Shown piece after piece: positions 11,023 through 24,800 of a stretch of 64,000 nucleotides of DNA (positions are counted from its first letter, which is position 1; each line of letters begins with the position of its first letter). Where the stretch lies: positions 21,437,325 to 21,501,324 of the forward strand of contig JARFYF010000119.1 of NCBI GenBank assembly GCA_030265395.1. Reading direction: 5' to 3'. The position numbers and the translations under genes are program-made. Origin of the DNA: Rhina ancylostomus (Eukaryota). The notes below the pieces were generated by a model, which saw only the letters and a list, made by a program, of their open reading frames with translations, had not been told where the DNA came from and did no database searches.

Positions 11023-12732
11023 TATAAAACTGGGGCCTTTCTGAAGTGCACAACTAATGAAAAATATGGTTAGTGGACTTTGTTTTAAAATGCCTATCTG
11101 GTGTAGTAGATAAATTGATAAAACCCATTTAAAAAAAACACAATGCAGAGGGAACAATTAGAAGAAAGTGCTCTTGTCTGTGAACAGAAGCACACTTGAT
11201 ATTCATACAACTCTACTCCGACAGCTGCTAAAAACTTTCTCAAACCAAGGTTTGTTAATTGCAAACATGACCGAAGCAAGAGGCACGAGTAAAACATTCA
11301 GAATTGCAACAAGAATATTATTCAGTGGGACATTTTGCAATTTGATTAGCTGTTCCCACTCCCAATTATAGCCCTAGTCAGGTATGTGAGATGAGCTTCC
11401 ACCCACATTGGCACAGTATTGGAAGTAGGATCTCTGAATACTATCGCAGTGATTTCAAGGATTGCAAGAGTGAAGATTTATACACGTTTTCTTTGCTGCA
11501 CTGCAGACCAGACAAAGCCTTGGAATACACAATTGAAATAGAAATGGCAACTGGTTGATCACAAGGAAAATAAACTTATATTCAAGAGCATTAATAACAA
11601 ATTGTACAGTTTTACCCATCTGAACAATTTACATCCCACTGATTGTATGCACTAGCTTCAGCACAATTTACTTTGCTTCCATAATTCACCCCACAAAAGT
11701 CAATGGAAACAATTTGAATCAGAGTATAGTGTGCTGAGATACATATCTTTTTTTAAACATTTTCAACTGGGGATGAATTTCCAGGGTAAGACATAAGCAT
11801 TAGCTTCAGTATCTCCCAATTAGTTGAAATAACTTGTTCCAAGTTTGCTCTTCAGAGCAGAATCATTTTAGAAACAACATTTTAAATGCAAAAGTGACTC
11901 TCTTAAAAAGTAGTTTGGAAAGCAAAAGGTGAGTAAGCTTAAGCAGATGTTGCATATAATATATTCTTTCCTAACCAATAAATAAAACAACATCTATTAG
12001 ACAAATGAAAGAAATCCCTTGAAATTTTACTCACTAAGTCTTCTCAATTAAAATTCATTACATGTGAAATAAAAAGAATATGATACCACATATCACCATT
12101 AGAGAATTCCTGGAACTGAATGATCATACTTGTGGCTAATGTTGTTAGAGGTTGTGACAGTGAAGGAAAGATTATCGTCCCAGTCAACACACAAGAGTGT
12201 GCTCCATAGAGAAACAGTCATTAGCCAAGACATGGAGAAGATTGCTGGGATGGGGGTTGCTGTTTGCAATACTCAAAAGGTCTCACGAGCAGACCTGAGA
12301 AAAGATGTTGTAATATTATCCAGGAAGTGCTTATGGTAAGCATGCAGAGTAAATATGCAGAGCATGGCCTCAGGGCCTGTTGCTCTCTGTCACTCTTCAT
12401 TCAAACATCATTCTGAATTGTTGGCATTTATAACCATGCAGTCACATGACACTTCTATAAGATTCTTATTACAGTTGAAGCCGTTGTCACACTGAAAACT
12501 CAGCATAATCATCAATAGCACAGACTATAAAATTTTACTGCACAGCTCATTTTCATGTTTTTGTGGTCAGCTTAGAGTCAGGCACATGTTTGCAAACAAG
12601 GATAAGAACTTAAAATAGGACGTCCCTGCAGAGGATGCCAGCAAATATAATAGTGCTCGATGTACCGGACTTGGTGAGGATTATGATATGGGCAGCAGGA
12701 GTACTGGATGTGCTTAACGTTATAAAGCCCTG

Positions 12733-13855
12733 GAGTCATACAGCACAGAAAATGGCCCTTTGGCTCACCACATTCACACCAACCAACAACTATCTATCCA
12801 CACCAATCCCATTTACCAGCACATGGTCCATAGCCTACTATGCCTTGGTGATTCAGTTGCTTGTTCAAAAGCTTCTTAAATGTTGTGAGAGTACCTGCCT
12901 TCAGTGCATTCCAAATTGTAACCACGGACACAGTGGTGCAACTGGTTGAACAGTGACCCAGGTTCAATCCTAATCTCCAGTGCAGTCTATGTGCAGGTTG
13001 CAATGTTCTCCCTGTGACCATGTGGATTTCTTTCTGGTTTCCTCCCATCCCAAAGATTGCAGGTTGGTAAGTTAAGTGGCCACTTTTGTGCAGCTGAGTA
13101 GTAGAATTTGGGTGGAGTGGAGGGAATTGTTTTGAACCTGGGAAGAATGAAATGGACTAGGTAGCTTGATGGTCAGCATGAAATCAGTCAGCCCAAGGAC
13201 CTGTTTCTGTGCTCTCTCTCACCCTCTGAATGAAAAAGTATCTTCCTCAGATCCCCTCAAAACCTCTTACTCCTCTGCCATAGGGTAAAGTTTCTTACTA
13301 TTTACCCTACCTATGCCTCTACTAATCGTGTACATCCCTAACAGGTGCCTGCCTTCAAGGAAAACAAACCCAGCCTAATCAGTTTCTCCTTATAACAGAA
13401 ACAACCTATTCCAGGCAATATTCTGGCAAACCTCCTCTGCATCCTCTCCCTCTCCAGTGCAATCACATCTTTCCTATAGAGAAGCAACTAGAACTGCACA
13501 GAATGTTCCAGCTGTGGCCTAACCAATAAATTTGTACCAAGATCTCCCTGCTCTATGCCCTAGCTAATGAAGGTAAGCATTCCATATGCCTTCTTCACCA
13601 CCTTAGTTATTAATGCTGCCTCCTTCGGGGAACTTTGGATTTGTAGACTAAGGTCTTGTTGTTTCTTGGTACTCCCTCAGACCCGACCATTCATGGTATC
13701 CCTCCTACCCTTATTACACCCTTCAGACTCCTCTCACCTCACAAGCATCAGGATTAAATTCCATCTAGCACTGCCCTGCCCAATTTACCAGTTGATTAAT
13801 GTTATTCTATAGTATAAGACTACCCTCCTCACTCTCAACATCATCATCAATTTTT
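12733..13855 (-). mobile_element. CR1 LINE 3' part, interrupted by a SINE
   Basis: The ORF-track peptide VVTIWNALKAGTLTTFKKLLNKQLN..GIVGYGP.AGKWD is a CR1 C-terminus. The RPQLEHSVQF..YRKDVIALE region lies at 13450-13520 (minus). The CR1 tail is at 12733-12770. Confidence 0.85.
12925..13216 (+). mobile_element. V-domain SINE nested in CR1
   Basis: cacagtggtgcaactggtt...ccaggttcaatcc (A and B boxes), ctggtttcctcccatcccaaaga, tail ggacctgtttctgtgctct. CR1 sequence resumes after it. Confidence 0.85.
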
Positions 13856-13869
13856 TTGGTAGGCCAAGG

Positions 13870-14100
13870 CAACACTGGAATGAGTGAGTGTTCCAGTAAC
13901 AAATGAGCTCTGCTAGAAGTTCTGTCAGGTGGAAGATAATGGTTCTGGTGACGGGACTGAAACATGGTCAGAAATTCAGTTCGGGCTTAAATATGCTAGT
14001 TATGAATGGTGTGGTTCAACCTCGGTCAGATCGCAGGGAGAGGCCTAGATTCAGAGGTTAGAGAAAACATTGACGGTAGGGACTGACAACAGGAAACCAC
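13870..14100 (-). mobile_element. Degraded L2 RT-downstream fragment
   Basis: Minus strand gives RLNHTIHN..IFKPELNF, similar to the L2 RLN.TVRNLGVIFDPEL.F motif. Confidence 0.4.
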
Positions 14101-16273
14101 ACCCCTGGGGAAATCCTTATTCAGTTATCTATAGACTTTTTTGTCTTTTAACTTGCAAGAACTGCATTTATTTGAATGGAAAAAAGCAGTACTGTAAATT
14201 TGAAATCAGTTATAGAATCTGACAGCAATCATCCGAGGCAAGAACTAGAATTTAATAATGTCTCAAAATTAAAGAAGACGAGCATATGCTTGAATTAAAT
14301 ATGGATCACCAGATTCCCCCAAGAATAGGTTTCAGCATGCTGGGAAATTGCTTGTGAAGGAAATGCTCATCAACCCATGTTTAATTCATGCAACTAAACN
14401 NNNNNNNNNNNNNNNNNNNNNNNNNNNNNNNNNNNNNNNNNNNNNNNNNNNNNNNNNNNNNNNNNNNNNNNNNNNNNNNNNNNNNNNNNNNNNNNNNNNN
14501 NNNNNNNNNNNNNNNNNNNNNNNNNNNNNNNNNNNNNNNNNNNNNNNNNNNNNNNNNNNNNNNNNNNNNNNNNAATCCAATAAGACAACTTCTCAATAAA
14601 AGCTCTTAAATTAAACATTTTTAGGACGTCAAGTCCACTCAAAACACTCATTATAAAAGCCAAAGTCCCCCCAACGTTATGGTCCGTGCTATAACACCAC
14701 ATCTGTCCACAGGATTTGTTGGGTGTTAAAAAGCAAAGCCATAAACATTTATTATCTTTTAGCCCAGCCTTAAACTTTGCAATATCTGCTGCTGGCAAAA
14801 AAAAGGTTAACAAATTTCTTGCTTTTCAAAACAAAGGTGGATGGCAGTTGTATCACTAGGAAGGTTTCAGTCCCTAAGTGGATTTTTCCCTTGTTAATGA
14901 TTAAAGTATCAATCAACATCAGTAAACTTGTCCAATATCTTTACCTTGCATGACTTTAAAGGATATGCAAATTTTACAAGCCACTACCTGTGAATATGTT
15001 GAATATATTAAAAATTGCTGAAAATTTTAAAATTTGAAACAAATTACAAATTGCAACCTTGAAAATTTCCATATGAATTAGGAAGACAGGTTCAGGTGGG
15101 ACATTCTGTTTAAGACTAGAAGGAGTATGCAAAGAATACAAAACATGTAGACAGATGCCTTCAATTATTTTAGTTAAATTTGTGTGTTTTTTGCTATCAT
15201 TTTATCTTCCAGTAAAAACAATCGATCACCACTGGTTCCATCATAAATCCTCAGTCTTGAAGGCCTTTATCTCACCAATCATTTACTTTCTCAGCCCTGA
15301 TGAGATCTTGTCGCTCAAGTTCCCTTTTATAACGTTAACCCCCATCTGTGCTAATGTATTTTTAAATTTAAATTGTATATTTTCATTTCAGTTTATGGTG
15401 TGGGACTTGACAGTGATCACAGAGGAGCCTTAAACAGAGGGCAAAATTGTGATTTTGGTCAAGGGAACGGTGCAGAAGGGGGAAAATGGTGTGGACACTT
15501 GCCTCCAAAGTAGTACATTTTTAAAAATCTTACAACAGACTTTATATAAGTTTAATTTTTTTAAAATCTACGGCAGACAAGATTGCACATTTGGACTGAA
15601 GAATCAGTATTTGCAAGTTCAACATGGCTCAGCACCTTGTGAGGGGACTCAATGTTACTAATATTTGTGCCACACAAGCTCAGACCCAATAGTCTCAAAG
15701 GTCCTTCCCTCACACAATCCTCAACGTCGATGGTAATTTGCTTATGGAGGTTGGGAAAGGATCACGTGATACAAAAATAAGGTTGGGGTGACAATATTAA
15801 GTTTTTCTAGGGCCAAGAGCTGGGGCCAGTGACCAACAAAGTATTGCCATGAAGGTAAGGTATTTAACTTAAAGACAATCTCTCTGAGGTGGGATCCACT
15901 CAGGTAGGTCCTGCTTAGTAATAATGAATGAGGCCTCTGTTGATTCTGCATNNNNNNNNNNNNNNNNNNNNNNNNNNNNNNNNNNNNNNNNNNNNNNNNN
16001 NNNNNNNNNNNNNNNNNNNNNNNNNNNNNNNNNNNNNNNNNNNNNNNNNNNAAAGACCAAAAATCTTTGGAAGTGGCACCCACTGGGACATTATTGTGCA
16101 TGTCTGGTCCTCTCTGTGCATTAATGCATCAGGAGGGCCAAGAAAAAGAATGCTAGAATTTGTAGTTCTCATGGTAAATCCACTGTTTTCCTTCCTGACT
16201 TTTTAAAAATTGAAATTGAATGGATTGTGGGAATTGTGGACAATAGACTGTCCAGAGCCAAAATTACTGCAGT

Positions 16274-16505
16274 TGTAGTGGCTAGCTACACTGAATAAAG
16301 ACACGAGATACTTGTATGAAGTCCAAGAGTCGAATGAATGACTGGGGTGCGCTGCCCCTTTAATAAACACAGTTCCCGCGCTGATGTCACGCACAGGTCA
16401 TGTGACCTTCCCGCGCGCGGGCTCCACTAGCCCAACAAAGGAGTGCCCCACGCCATCTTGTGTTGGGGCCTCCGATGACGTTCGTGAAAGGTAAGTTGCC
16501 ACACA
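16274..16505. mobile_element. Second solo-LTR copy, inverted relative to 8434-8686 and internally deleted
   Basis: Colinear reverse complement of 8434-8686 (for example gctgcccctttaataaacacag and cgccatcttgtgttggggcctccga), with a deletion of about 20 bp near the right end. No clean TSD. Confidence 0.85.
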
Positions 16506-16619
16506 TTTAACATCTTGGCCTTGTCCCTCCAGCTCAGGAGTATTAAGCTGTCATAGAAGTTACAGGTGCCCTGACACAAAAAGAGGTCAGATTGCTTACA
16601 CATATATTGCTTTAAAGTT

Positions 16620-18842
16620 TGGTGTTATCTCAGAGATGTAGGACCAGAATGGGAATGATACGGCAGATGGTGTACAGAGCAAGTGGATAAAAAGTGAGAT
16701 ACAGAATGAGGAACTGTAGAGACTGATTTCTTCCAACAGGTAAAATGTAATTGCTATCTGTGAGGGTAAGGATAATGACCTACCAAACAGCCAGAATATT
16801 GACCACAGCTGCCTAGAGGGAAAAGGAGGAGAGACAACCTAATGTGGTAGTTGTTGGAAATTCTACAGTTAAGGAGAATGGAGAATCATGGACCTATTTG
16901 GTATGTTCCTTACAAAACTAGTCTGTATAGACTTGGAGGGGAAGTTGCTGGACTTCATCATTGTGACTAATGTTGGGACTGGCAACAGAGGAAACAGAAG
17001 GCAAGAAGACTTGTTTGGAGATTAACAGATGGTAGGGATTAAATTAAAGAATTAGACCTCATGGATCATAATCTCTGGATTATCATCCGAAGCAAATGCA
17101 CATTAATGCAGGATATGCAGATTACAGAGGTGATCATATCTTTTAAAGATTGCTGTGGGAAAGTTCTGTTGCATTTCATGGGATACTGGCATTAGTTTGA
17201 AATATGAAGGAACTATATTGTTAAATCAGGTTGATCCTAACAGAAATGCTAAGTAGAATGCTTTTAAAGTTCTTGTAAGCATTATTAATTATAGCTGCAA
17301 AACTGCATTAAAAAAAAGGAAAAACACATAAATTAGACAATATAGAAAAGCTGAAATGAGTTTAAAGGAAAAAAAATAATTTCACATTGAATGAATGGTA
17401 AAAGCAATTAACAACAACATGACAAAAAGGTAGTGAATTGTTGGAGAGAGGTGTCAGGATTGCTTTTTGCAACAAATTCTTCTAGAACCATCAACTTGGC
17501 AAGCCATAGCAGATTTAGAAATGAACCAGATATAGCTAAAAGCACATGAACGTTTCTCTAGAAATCATCATACCATTAAGTCCAATATTGTATTCAAAAA
17601 GATTTTAAAAAAGCTTAAAGTTCTAGATAATGGTAAGGTTGACAACTATGCAATCAGAGATAATCTGTCTATGGTAAACAGGGTAAGTGAGCTAACGGGT
17701 ATCAACAGTATAGTGGGAGGTATTCAAAAAATAATTTAATGATAAGAACCAATTTCTCTCTGTAATGCAGAAGAGTTTCACTTGCCAAAGCAAATAATAG
17801 ATGACAATGCAAAAATGAAAGGACAACACAAAAATGAAAGGAAAAAGCACATGAAAAGCAAAAACTAGTTGAGATCTGGCCATTGGGAGAGATATAAAGA
17901 ACAGCAAAAGATGATAAAGACACATAAAGAACTGTAAAAATGGAACATAAAGGGACCTGAAAAGGGGTCACCAAATAAACAAAAAAAATAAATGAGTAGT
18001 GCTAACATTGCCAGCAAAAATAAAGGCAGACATGTTGGATTAACTCCCTATAATAGTATTTTATGTAAAAAAAAATCCCAGACGCCTGAGGAAACTAATA
18101 TTGGAGGAGAGACAGCAACCTGTCAACATTTAATACAAGTAATTTAACAGCAGTAGAGAATACCAAATCTCAAGCATCAGGTGGGTTCCTGTCCTGTGTT
18201 TTATAATAAGTAAAACACATTGCAACTGCCCTAGGTATAATTTTCAAAAGTTCTCTTGATTCAGAAACTACTCCTTTAGTTTGGAAAACTACACGTCACC
18301 AACTATGTAAAAAGAAAGTGTGGAAGGAAAACCAGGGAATTATAGACCAGTTAGTTTAATATCAGTTGTTGGGAAATTTGAGTCTGTAATTAAGAGAGAA
18401 GCACAAAGGATTCAGAAACCAAGGCAGTATTCCTGCTATTTAGAAGGTTAAAAGGTGATTTGATCAAAGTATGGAGGTTAGATAAAGGAACCATTACATT
18501 GTCATTTACAATTTATTCTAAGAGAAACTGCTTCTGGTTGAAGTAGGGCATAGTCTTAAAATTAGAGCCATTAGAAATGTTAAGTTAGGTAACACTTCTT
18601 CATACAGAGGGTGTTAGAAATTTAGAGGATGGTAGAAAGGTAAAATTCCTTTCTGCAAACAATAAATGATGTTGTTAATTGTTAATTTTACAGCAGAAAT
18701 TGATAGACATTTATTAACCCAAAGTTTCAAGGGATATGAGGAAAGATGAATAAATGGGGTTGGGTCACAAATCAGCTATGATCTCACTGAACAGTACAAC
18801 AGGCTCATGAGACTAGAGCCTACATCTGTTCCTATATTCTTA
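16620..18842 (+). mobile_element. Long, heavily degraded CR1 LINE: ORF1 SGNH-esterase, ORF2 remnants and 3' tail
   Basis: VVVVGNSTVK (~16845), IIVTNVGTGN, IIISGL and KDCCGK...FMGYW match CR1 ORF1 esterase blocks. IFKSSLD...VWKT and KPGNYRPVSLISVVGK (~18240-18380) are ORF2. The CR1 tail ends ...tctgttcctatattct. Confidence 0.8.
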
Positions 18843-21800
18843 AGAATCACCATCTCTGAATCAGATGGAAAAGTAGTAAAGTGCCAGAAATATGATGTAG
18901 TGAAGAAAAAAAATACTGAAAGATGTGTTTGCTTGAAGATGCATAAGTATACAGACAGGTTGCCATTACTTTAGAATAGCTGTGACTCCACGAAATAAAG
19001 ATCAGTCTCCTGGTCATAACTGCAAGTAACATGGTGACATTATATAAAAAAAGGTTTTTCTTTTTTGTCGACTACTTTTGGAGATTGTTTTTTTTTTGGT
19101 TGGGCGCGATAAGAAATCATGCAATAAATACATTCAATGAGAATTGTTAACCATAATCACAGAACACACCTTCAGTGAATATTGAGTAAACCAAAAAACA
19201 AAAAGGAATAAAATAGTCTTCTAGAGTCACTTCATGAGTACACTTCTTGTAAAGTGTTTCTTACCAAAAATGCTCTTATCCTTTCCATTAAAATAATTAC
19301 CCAAACAAAGTAAATGATATTGTGATATGCTGAATATTGTTTGAATGGGTGATGGGGAAGAGAAAACTAGCTTCATTTCCTTTAGATTCTACAGCACTAT
19401 GCCTTTCAGCTTTTTCAAATTGGTTACTGTCAGTGCAACTGAGCCAAGTGATTACACTGCTCCATTTGGCCAAATTGCTTTCCATCAGTGTCATTCACTT
19501 TTGCCATTATTCTTGTTGCTGCCTCCAGAAATAGTTTAATTTAACAGAACCCATTATAATGCAATTTTTGGATGATGTAGTGAAAGAATGAAAAGAATTT
19601 CTTTGGGTCCTTCTTTCACTCAGACAGCAGCTTTCAAAAAACAAAACATAGCATAAAAGCATCACGAGAAGTTATTTTCCTTTTTTGAATCAGTTATAAA
19701 ATACTAAAAAGATTCCTTTAATGAGTCACCAAATTATTTGTTTACTGCGTTGTTGGATTGCAGATATTGCTCTTGATTATCTGATTAATGATTCAAAAGA
19801 ATTCCCCTTGCATTAAAAGGTACAACGTTTCTGTCAATTATACCATACCATGTTCAACGTAGAGCTTCAAAGGAACATCCTACATTAGAGGATTTTAACT
19901 AGAGGCAAGCACGCAGCTTCCCATTGCTGACATTTTTCCTGAACCAAGTTGACAGAAAGTGAGCTAAATCTTCCTTGTATCCTGTTTGTCCATAAAAGCA
20001 TGCTGGAACCCTGCATGCTTTTGAGTGCACAGGAAGCATATGTAAAATGTAGAAGAGACAGATGTGAAAGTTGATCTCTTGAAGCAGGATTCCTGATTGA
20101 TCACAGAAGTGAATTTGCAGTTAAGGTGGTTAATCCTTTATAGCTAAATCAAAACCAATTTAAAACTGAAAAAATTGCAACTTGNNNNNNNNNNNNNNNN
20201 NNNNNNNNNNNNNNNNNNNNNNNNNNNNNNNNNNNNNNNNNNNNNNNNNNNNNNNNNNNNNNNNNNNNNNNNNNNNNNNNNNNNACATTGCAACTTGTTT
20301 CCATTTTTAAAAATAGACAAGAACTAAGTATAAAAGTTAATGGAGAATAAACAGTCTATTTAGAAGAAACGTAACATTAGAGTGATTATAATAAAATCAG
20401 GGAAGGGTGCCGGAAAGAACAACTGAAAGAAAATAAAGGACAATCAAGAAAGCAAAACAGGTGTGTCAAACAGCTTTGTTTTAACTGAATTGTATTTTCA
20501 GGTGTTATGACAGGAGAAAGGGCAATCAAAGGATCGCTATCTTTTTTCTCATGTGTTTTGTTTATTGGAGTAATATTGTTTCTTGGGTCTTCCAATTACA
20601 AAGAAATGCAATATTATATGCCACTCATGATATTTGAATATTAAGAGCAACTCTGTTGCTTGTTTCCTCAGAGTCTGCTTCTGAGCTCAGCATAACTGCA
20701 AGTCATGTGGCAAATGGGATGAAAATATTAAGTTGCAGATCTGAGCCCATTTCTCTGGTTGGTTACATTTTGTAAATGGGCACACATAGGGCGTTTGAAA
20801 GATAAAGCCTGTCCCAATTAAAATATGTATCAGGCATACTCTACCTTGTACTTCCTTGTTGCTGTCAGGATTTCAGTATAAAATGTGTCAGGTCAAATGC
20901 TTTAATTACATTTTAATATTTCATAGCTTGAATACATTTTTCAACTACATTATTTTTTTTGCATTGTATTTTTGTACGATTAAACCAGAGAACTTATTGT
21001 TTACCTACAAGTCATAATCTTAATTATAAAGATAATAAAAACAAAAAAAAACAAATAGCATTAAATGAAATTAGAAAGGAGATACGTGAGCTGTACACAT
21101 AAAAATATGTAGTACATCAAATGTGGCTGAAGTTATTGCTGGAACAAATAGAATATAAACAGCATAATTTGAAAACCTGAAATGAACCTTTGACTTTCTA
21201 AGTAACAACCTACTGACTGCATTGTAAATGTGTCACCAGCACATCCAGAATGCCAAAAGTTAAAATTATTGAACTTTCTGAGTGAAGAACTCATGAAGAA
21301 ATTATAATGCTCACTCCAATGCAAAAAAAGCTTACCTGTCAAACACGTGTATATTTTCATATCCAACAAAACATGATACAACTTGGTTTTTAAACAGTCT
21401 AGGATATTGGAGGAATAATAATAAGATTATAGGTTAGGTGTCTATGTGTGTGGGCCTAGTTTTTTTTTAAAAAAGATCTTCTCTGCATTAAATATTTGGA
21501 TCAAGAAATTTGTTAGAGATTTTTCTCCCCAGGGTTATGTATCGAGAAAATTTATTTTAATCTGGACTTAAACTCAATTGAAACCATTCTAAGTGAAATA
21601 TCTATAAACTCAAATGTGTAATTCCAGTCATAGATGATNNNNNNNNNNNNNNNNNNNNNNNNNNNNNNNNNNNNNNNNNNNNNNNNNNNNNNNNNNNNNN
21701 NNNNNNNNNNNNNNNNNNNNNNNNNNNNNNNNNNNNNNTTCTCCCCAGGGTTATGTATCGAGAAAATTGATTTTCATCTGGACTGAAACTCAATTGCAAC

Positions 21801-24800
21801 CATTCTAAGTGAAATCTCTAGAAACTCAAATGGGTAATTCCAGTCATAGATGTTATTTGAATAATACACATTAAATTACATCCCATTCAATCCCTTACTG
21901 ACCTCCTTCCATCTGGCTCCTCTCTGGCTCCACCCATCAATTTCATTCCCCAACATTCTGATTGGATAAGGCACTGTCTCCTTGATCAAGCATCTTCAGT
22001 GGTCTAGGCTTCAACTACCCAAACACCTATCACAGTGTCCCCATAGAGGCTCCAGTCGAGGTTGTTCCCCCTATACCCACCACCACCCCTACCCCATCTG
22101 ATATGCTCCACAAACAGCACTGATTTCCAGACAATCATCGCAATTGCTTGCCTGCAGGCCTGACCCTCTTTCACCTCCAAACTCAGATGTAGTCCTGGTC
22201 TCATGGTCATATTTCTTTTGTGCATTGTGCAACAATTCCAGCCCTTAAAGCAAAAACAACATATTCTGGAAATCTGAAATAAAAATCAGATAATGCCAAG
22301 TATCTCCAACAAATGCCTAGTTTTAATTCTGGGCCATGTTTTTCATGAGGTCACTGTTACCCTAAAGACTATATAAAAACATTTTCTAAATCTAGAAGGT
22401 AAATATGTAAAATAACCAAGTTAATATCTATATTTGTTCTCACACTATTTGTTACTTATGCTTGTTCTGTTCCATTCTTATTTTCTACCCCACAATTTAC
22501 TTCATTTCTCTCTCAATTAACAAATGTACAAATTCCCAGAAATATAAAATATACAATATTTTGTTTGTTAGTATGTTGTTTTTATGCAATTTTTTTTTCT
22601 GGAACGAAACATTTTTTCCAGATGGTGTTATCAAAAGTTTGAGTGGGTACTTCCTCACACGAGTCACTCTTACAACTCCATTGAGTTTTCCCAAATCAGA
22701 ACAAAACCTTGTCATTCCCCATGCAACATCCCCTTTTCGGCATTGCACGACAACTTGGATTCTCTGTCTACTTTAACATACAACCTTTAGTGCATATGTC
22801 TAGAACACTGCTGAATTTGACTCACAGATATGTTCTAATACAAGGAAGTAATAAGAATTTCATGCAACATAGAAAGTTTTTAAGGGAAGTTACAACAAAG
22901 TTATCCACATCAGGTGTTAAATAGTGAATCATGACTGAAGAATAGTGCCATTGGCTTTCTGTTAAAGCCAATCCCACCCACCACAACACACCTGGACCCT
23001 TAGAGCAGCTGACACCCCAAGGATTAATTAATGGATTGGCCCAACCATCTCCATTCATTTATTCATCTTCTAATGATACATAGTTTTTAAAAATCTATTC
23101 TGCTGTGTAAAATAACTTCCTTGTAGACTTAAAAAAAAGGACTGGGAAAAATACAAAAATCAATTGTACTGAGAATACTTTAAAAACAAAAAGGTGGCAA
23201 ATTTTTCTTTAGAGTTACACTCATTTCCACTTCACAATCTCACTGAAGTTTCTGAAACTGAACGGCAGGAGGTGACTACATCCAACATAAGCATTTTAAC
23301 TTGTGCATTGTGATAGAAACCAAGGAAAAATTCCTCCCACAAGATCTGCTTAATTATCACTTATTTACTGCTTCTTTAGCAGCATTGCAGTAGTATTCAT
23401 CTCCACTCCAACACTGCTAAAGAAGCAGGGAATATGTTTACAAGTGGACAAAGTTGCAACAATAAATTTACCAGAGCATTAGAATGCCTCCAGTCTGTGG
23501 CCCTGTTCCCACAACCTTTTATGCATCACTCTGCTTACCACTTCCCCTTGATGAAGTGTCAATGCAAAATATCAGAAAACTTGATATTATGCTTTAATGA
23601 GATGTAAACAACAATGGAATAAAATAAGGACTGTAAACATTTACCAACAGGAAGTGAAAAGGGAAAGAGATTATTTGCACATGGATGCTTTACCACATGT
23701 GGCAATTGAAACAATGGTTTCAATTTCATCTCAAGTGTAACTCAGGCAGTTTCAAGTGGCTTACTGCCCCATTTATGCCAGTTCATTAGTGCTGCCATCC
23801 TGCTACTGCTGACTGGTTGACTGGCTGCTTGCTTGTTTTAGATATGAAACTTACTATCTGACTTTCAGCTGCACAAACAGGAGGTCGAGCCAGTCTTAAG
23901 ACACTGGTCATATCATATGGTTATCAGTTCCTCTCCTGTTGAGACTGCAATTTCCTCCAGGTGTGAACAAAAGAAAACAGGAGGAGAAGGTCGAGTGGCT
24001 GACAGCAAGTGAAAGCAGTGCCTGCCAGATCTCAGGTAGGTGGAGGGAAGGGATGCTGTGGGGGAAGGCTCAGACACCTACAGCTTTCTTTGTGGGGTCC
24101 AAAGAGTAAAACACTTCTCTTCTGTCTTCAGACCAGTTGATTCCCAACAGGAAGATGGTTGCAGCTTCCCTAAGCCTCAACTTTTTTAAAAAAAATATGC
24201 AATTATGGAATTGTCTGTATGTAAATATTAGGATTTCCCACCTGTCTCCTTACAAGGCCTCCCACCAATTAATATCAAAGTCTCACCTGCCCAAGTACCT
24301 TTTATAGTCTATATTAGAAGTGTTGGCACCCAGATGAATAAATGATCTACTGGCTTTTAACTGAGCAGTTGAAATCAATCCCAGATAATTTTGCAAAAGG
24401 CAAAACCTACCACAGCAGAGGACTAGATTGGATGACTGGCCCTCAGAATATAGACCTTCTGCAACAGAGGAAGTAGAAAATAATACATTAGCAAAGGAAA
24501 ATTTTAAAATAAATCAACACAGGAGAAGGTCTGGGTCTCTGAGACTACCTTCCACAAAAAGTATTTCACATATCTACTCACCTTCCAAAGAATCTTTTTT
24601 TCTGAATTGCATTAAGTTTGAACTTATTTTGAAATTATATTAAATATGTGCATTTTTGCTGCTAACTTGCCAACCAGAGAAAACAATCTATCATTATTAA
24701 CTTCACCATAAATCTTCATGAGCATCTTAGTCCAAGCAATTTTCAAGCTGCTCTTCTGATCCACTCATCCCTGGTCAGAATTAATGATTAGAAAATTGAG

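Noticed and set aside
20174-20297. attgcaacttg repeated on both sides of a gap
   Set aside because: Contig-end overlap across a 100-N placeholder gap.
21522-21853. Apparent 115-bp tandem duplication either side of a 100-N gap
   Set aside because: The two copies abut the gap and differ mainly by G/C-to-T/A changes in the left copy. This is typical of unmerged overlapping contig ends with a low-quality read tail, so it is an assembly artefact.
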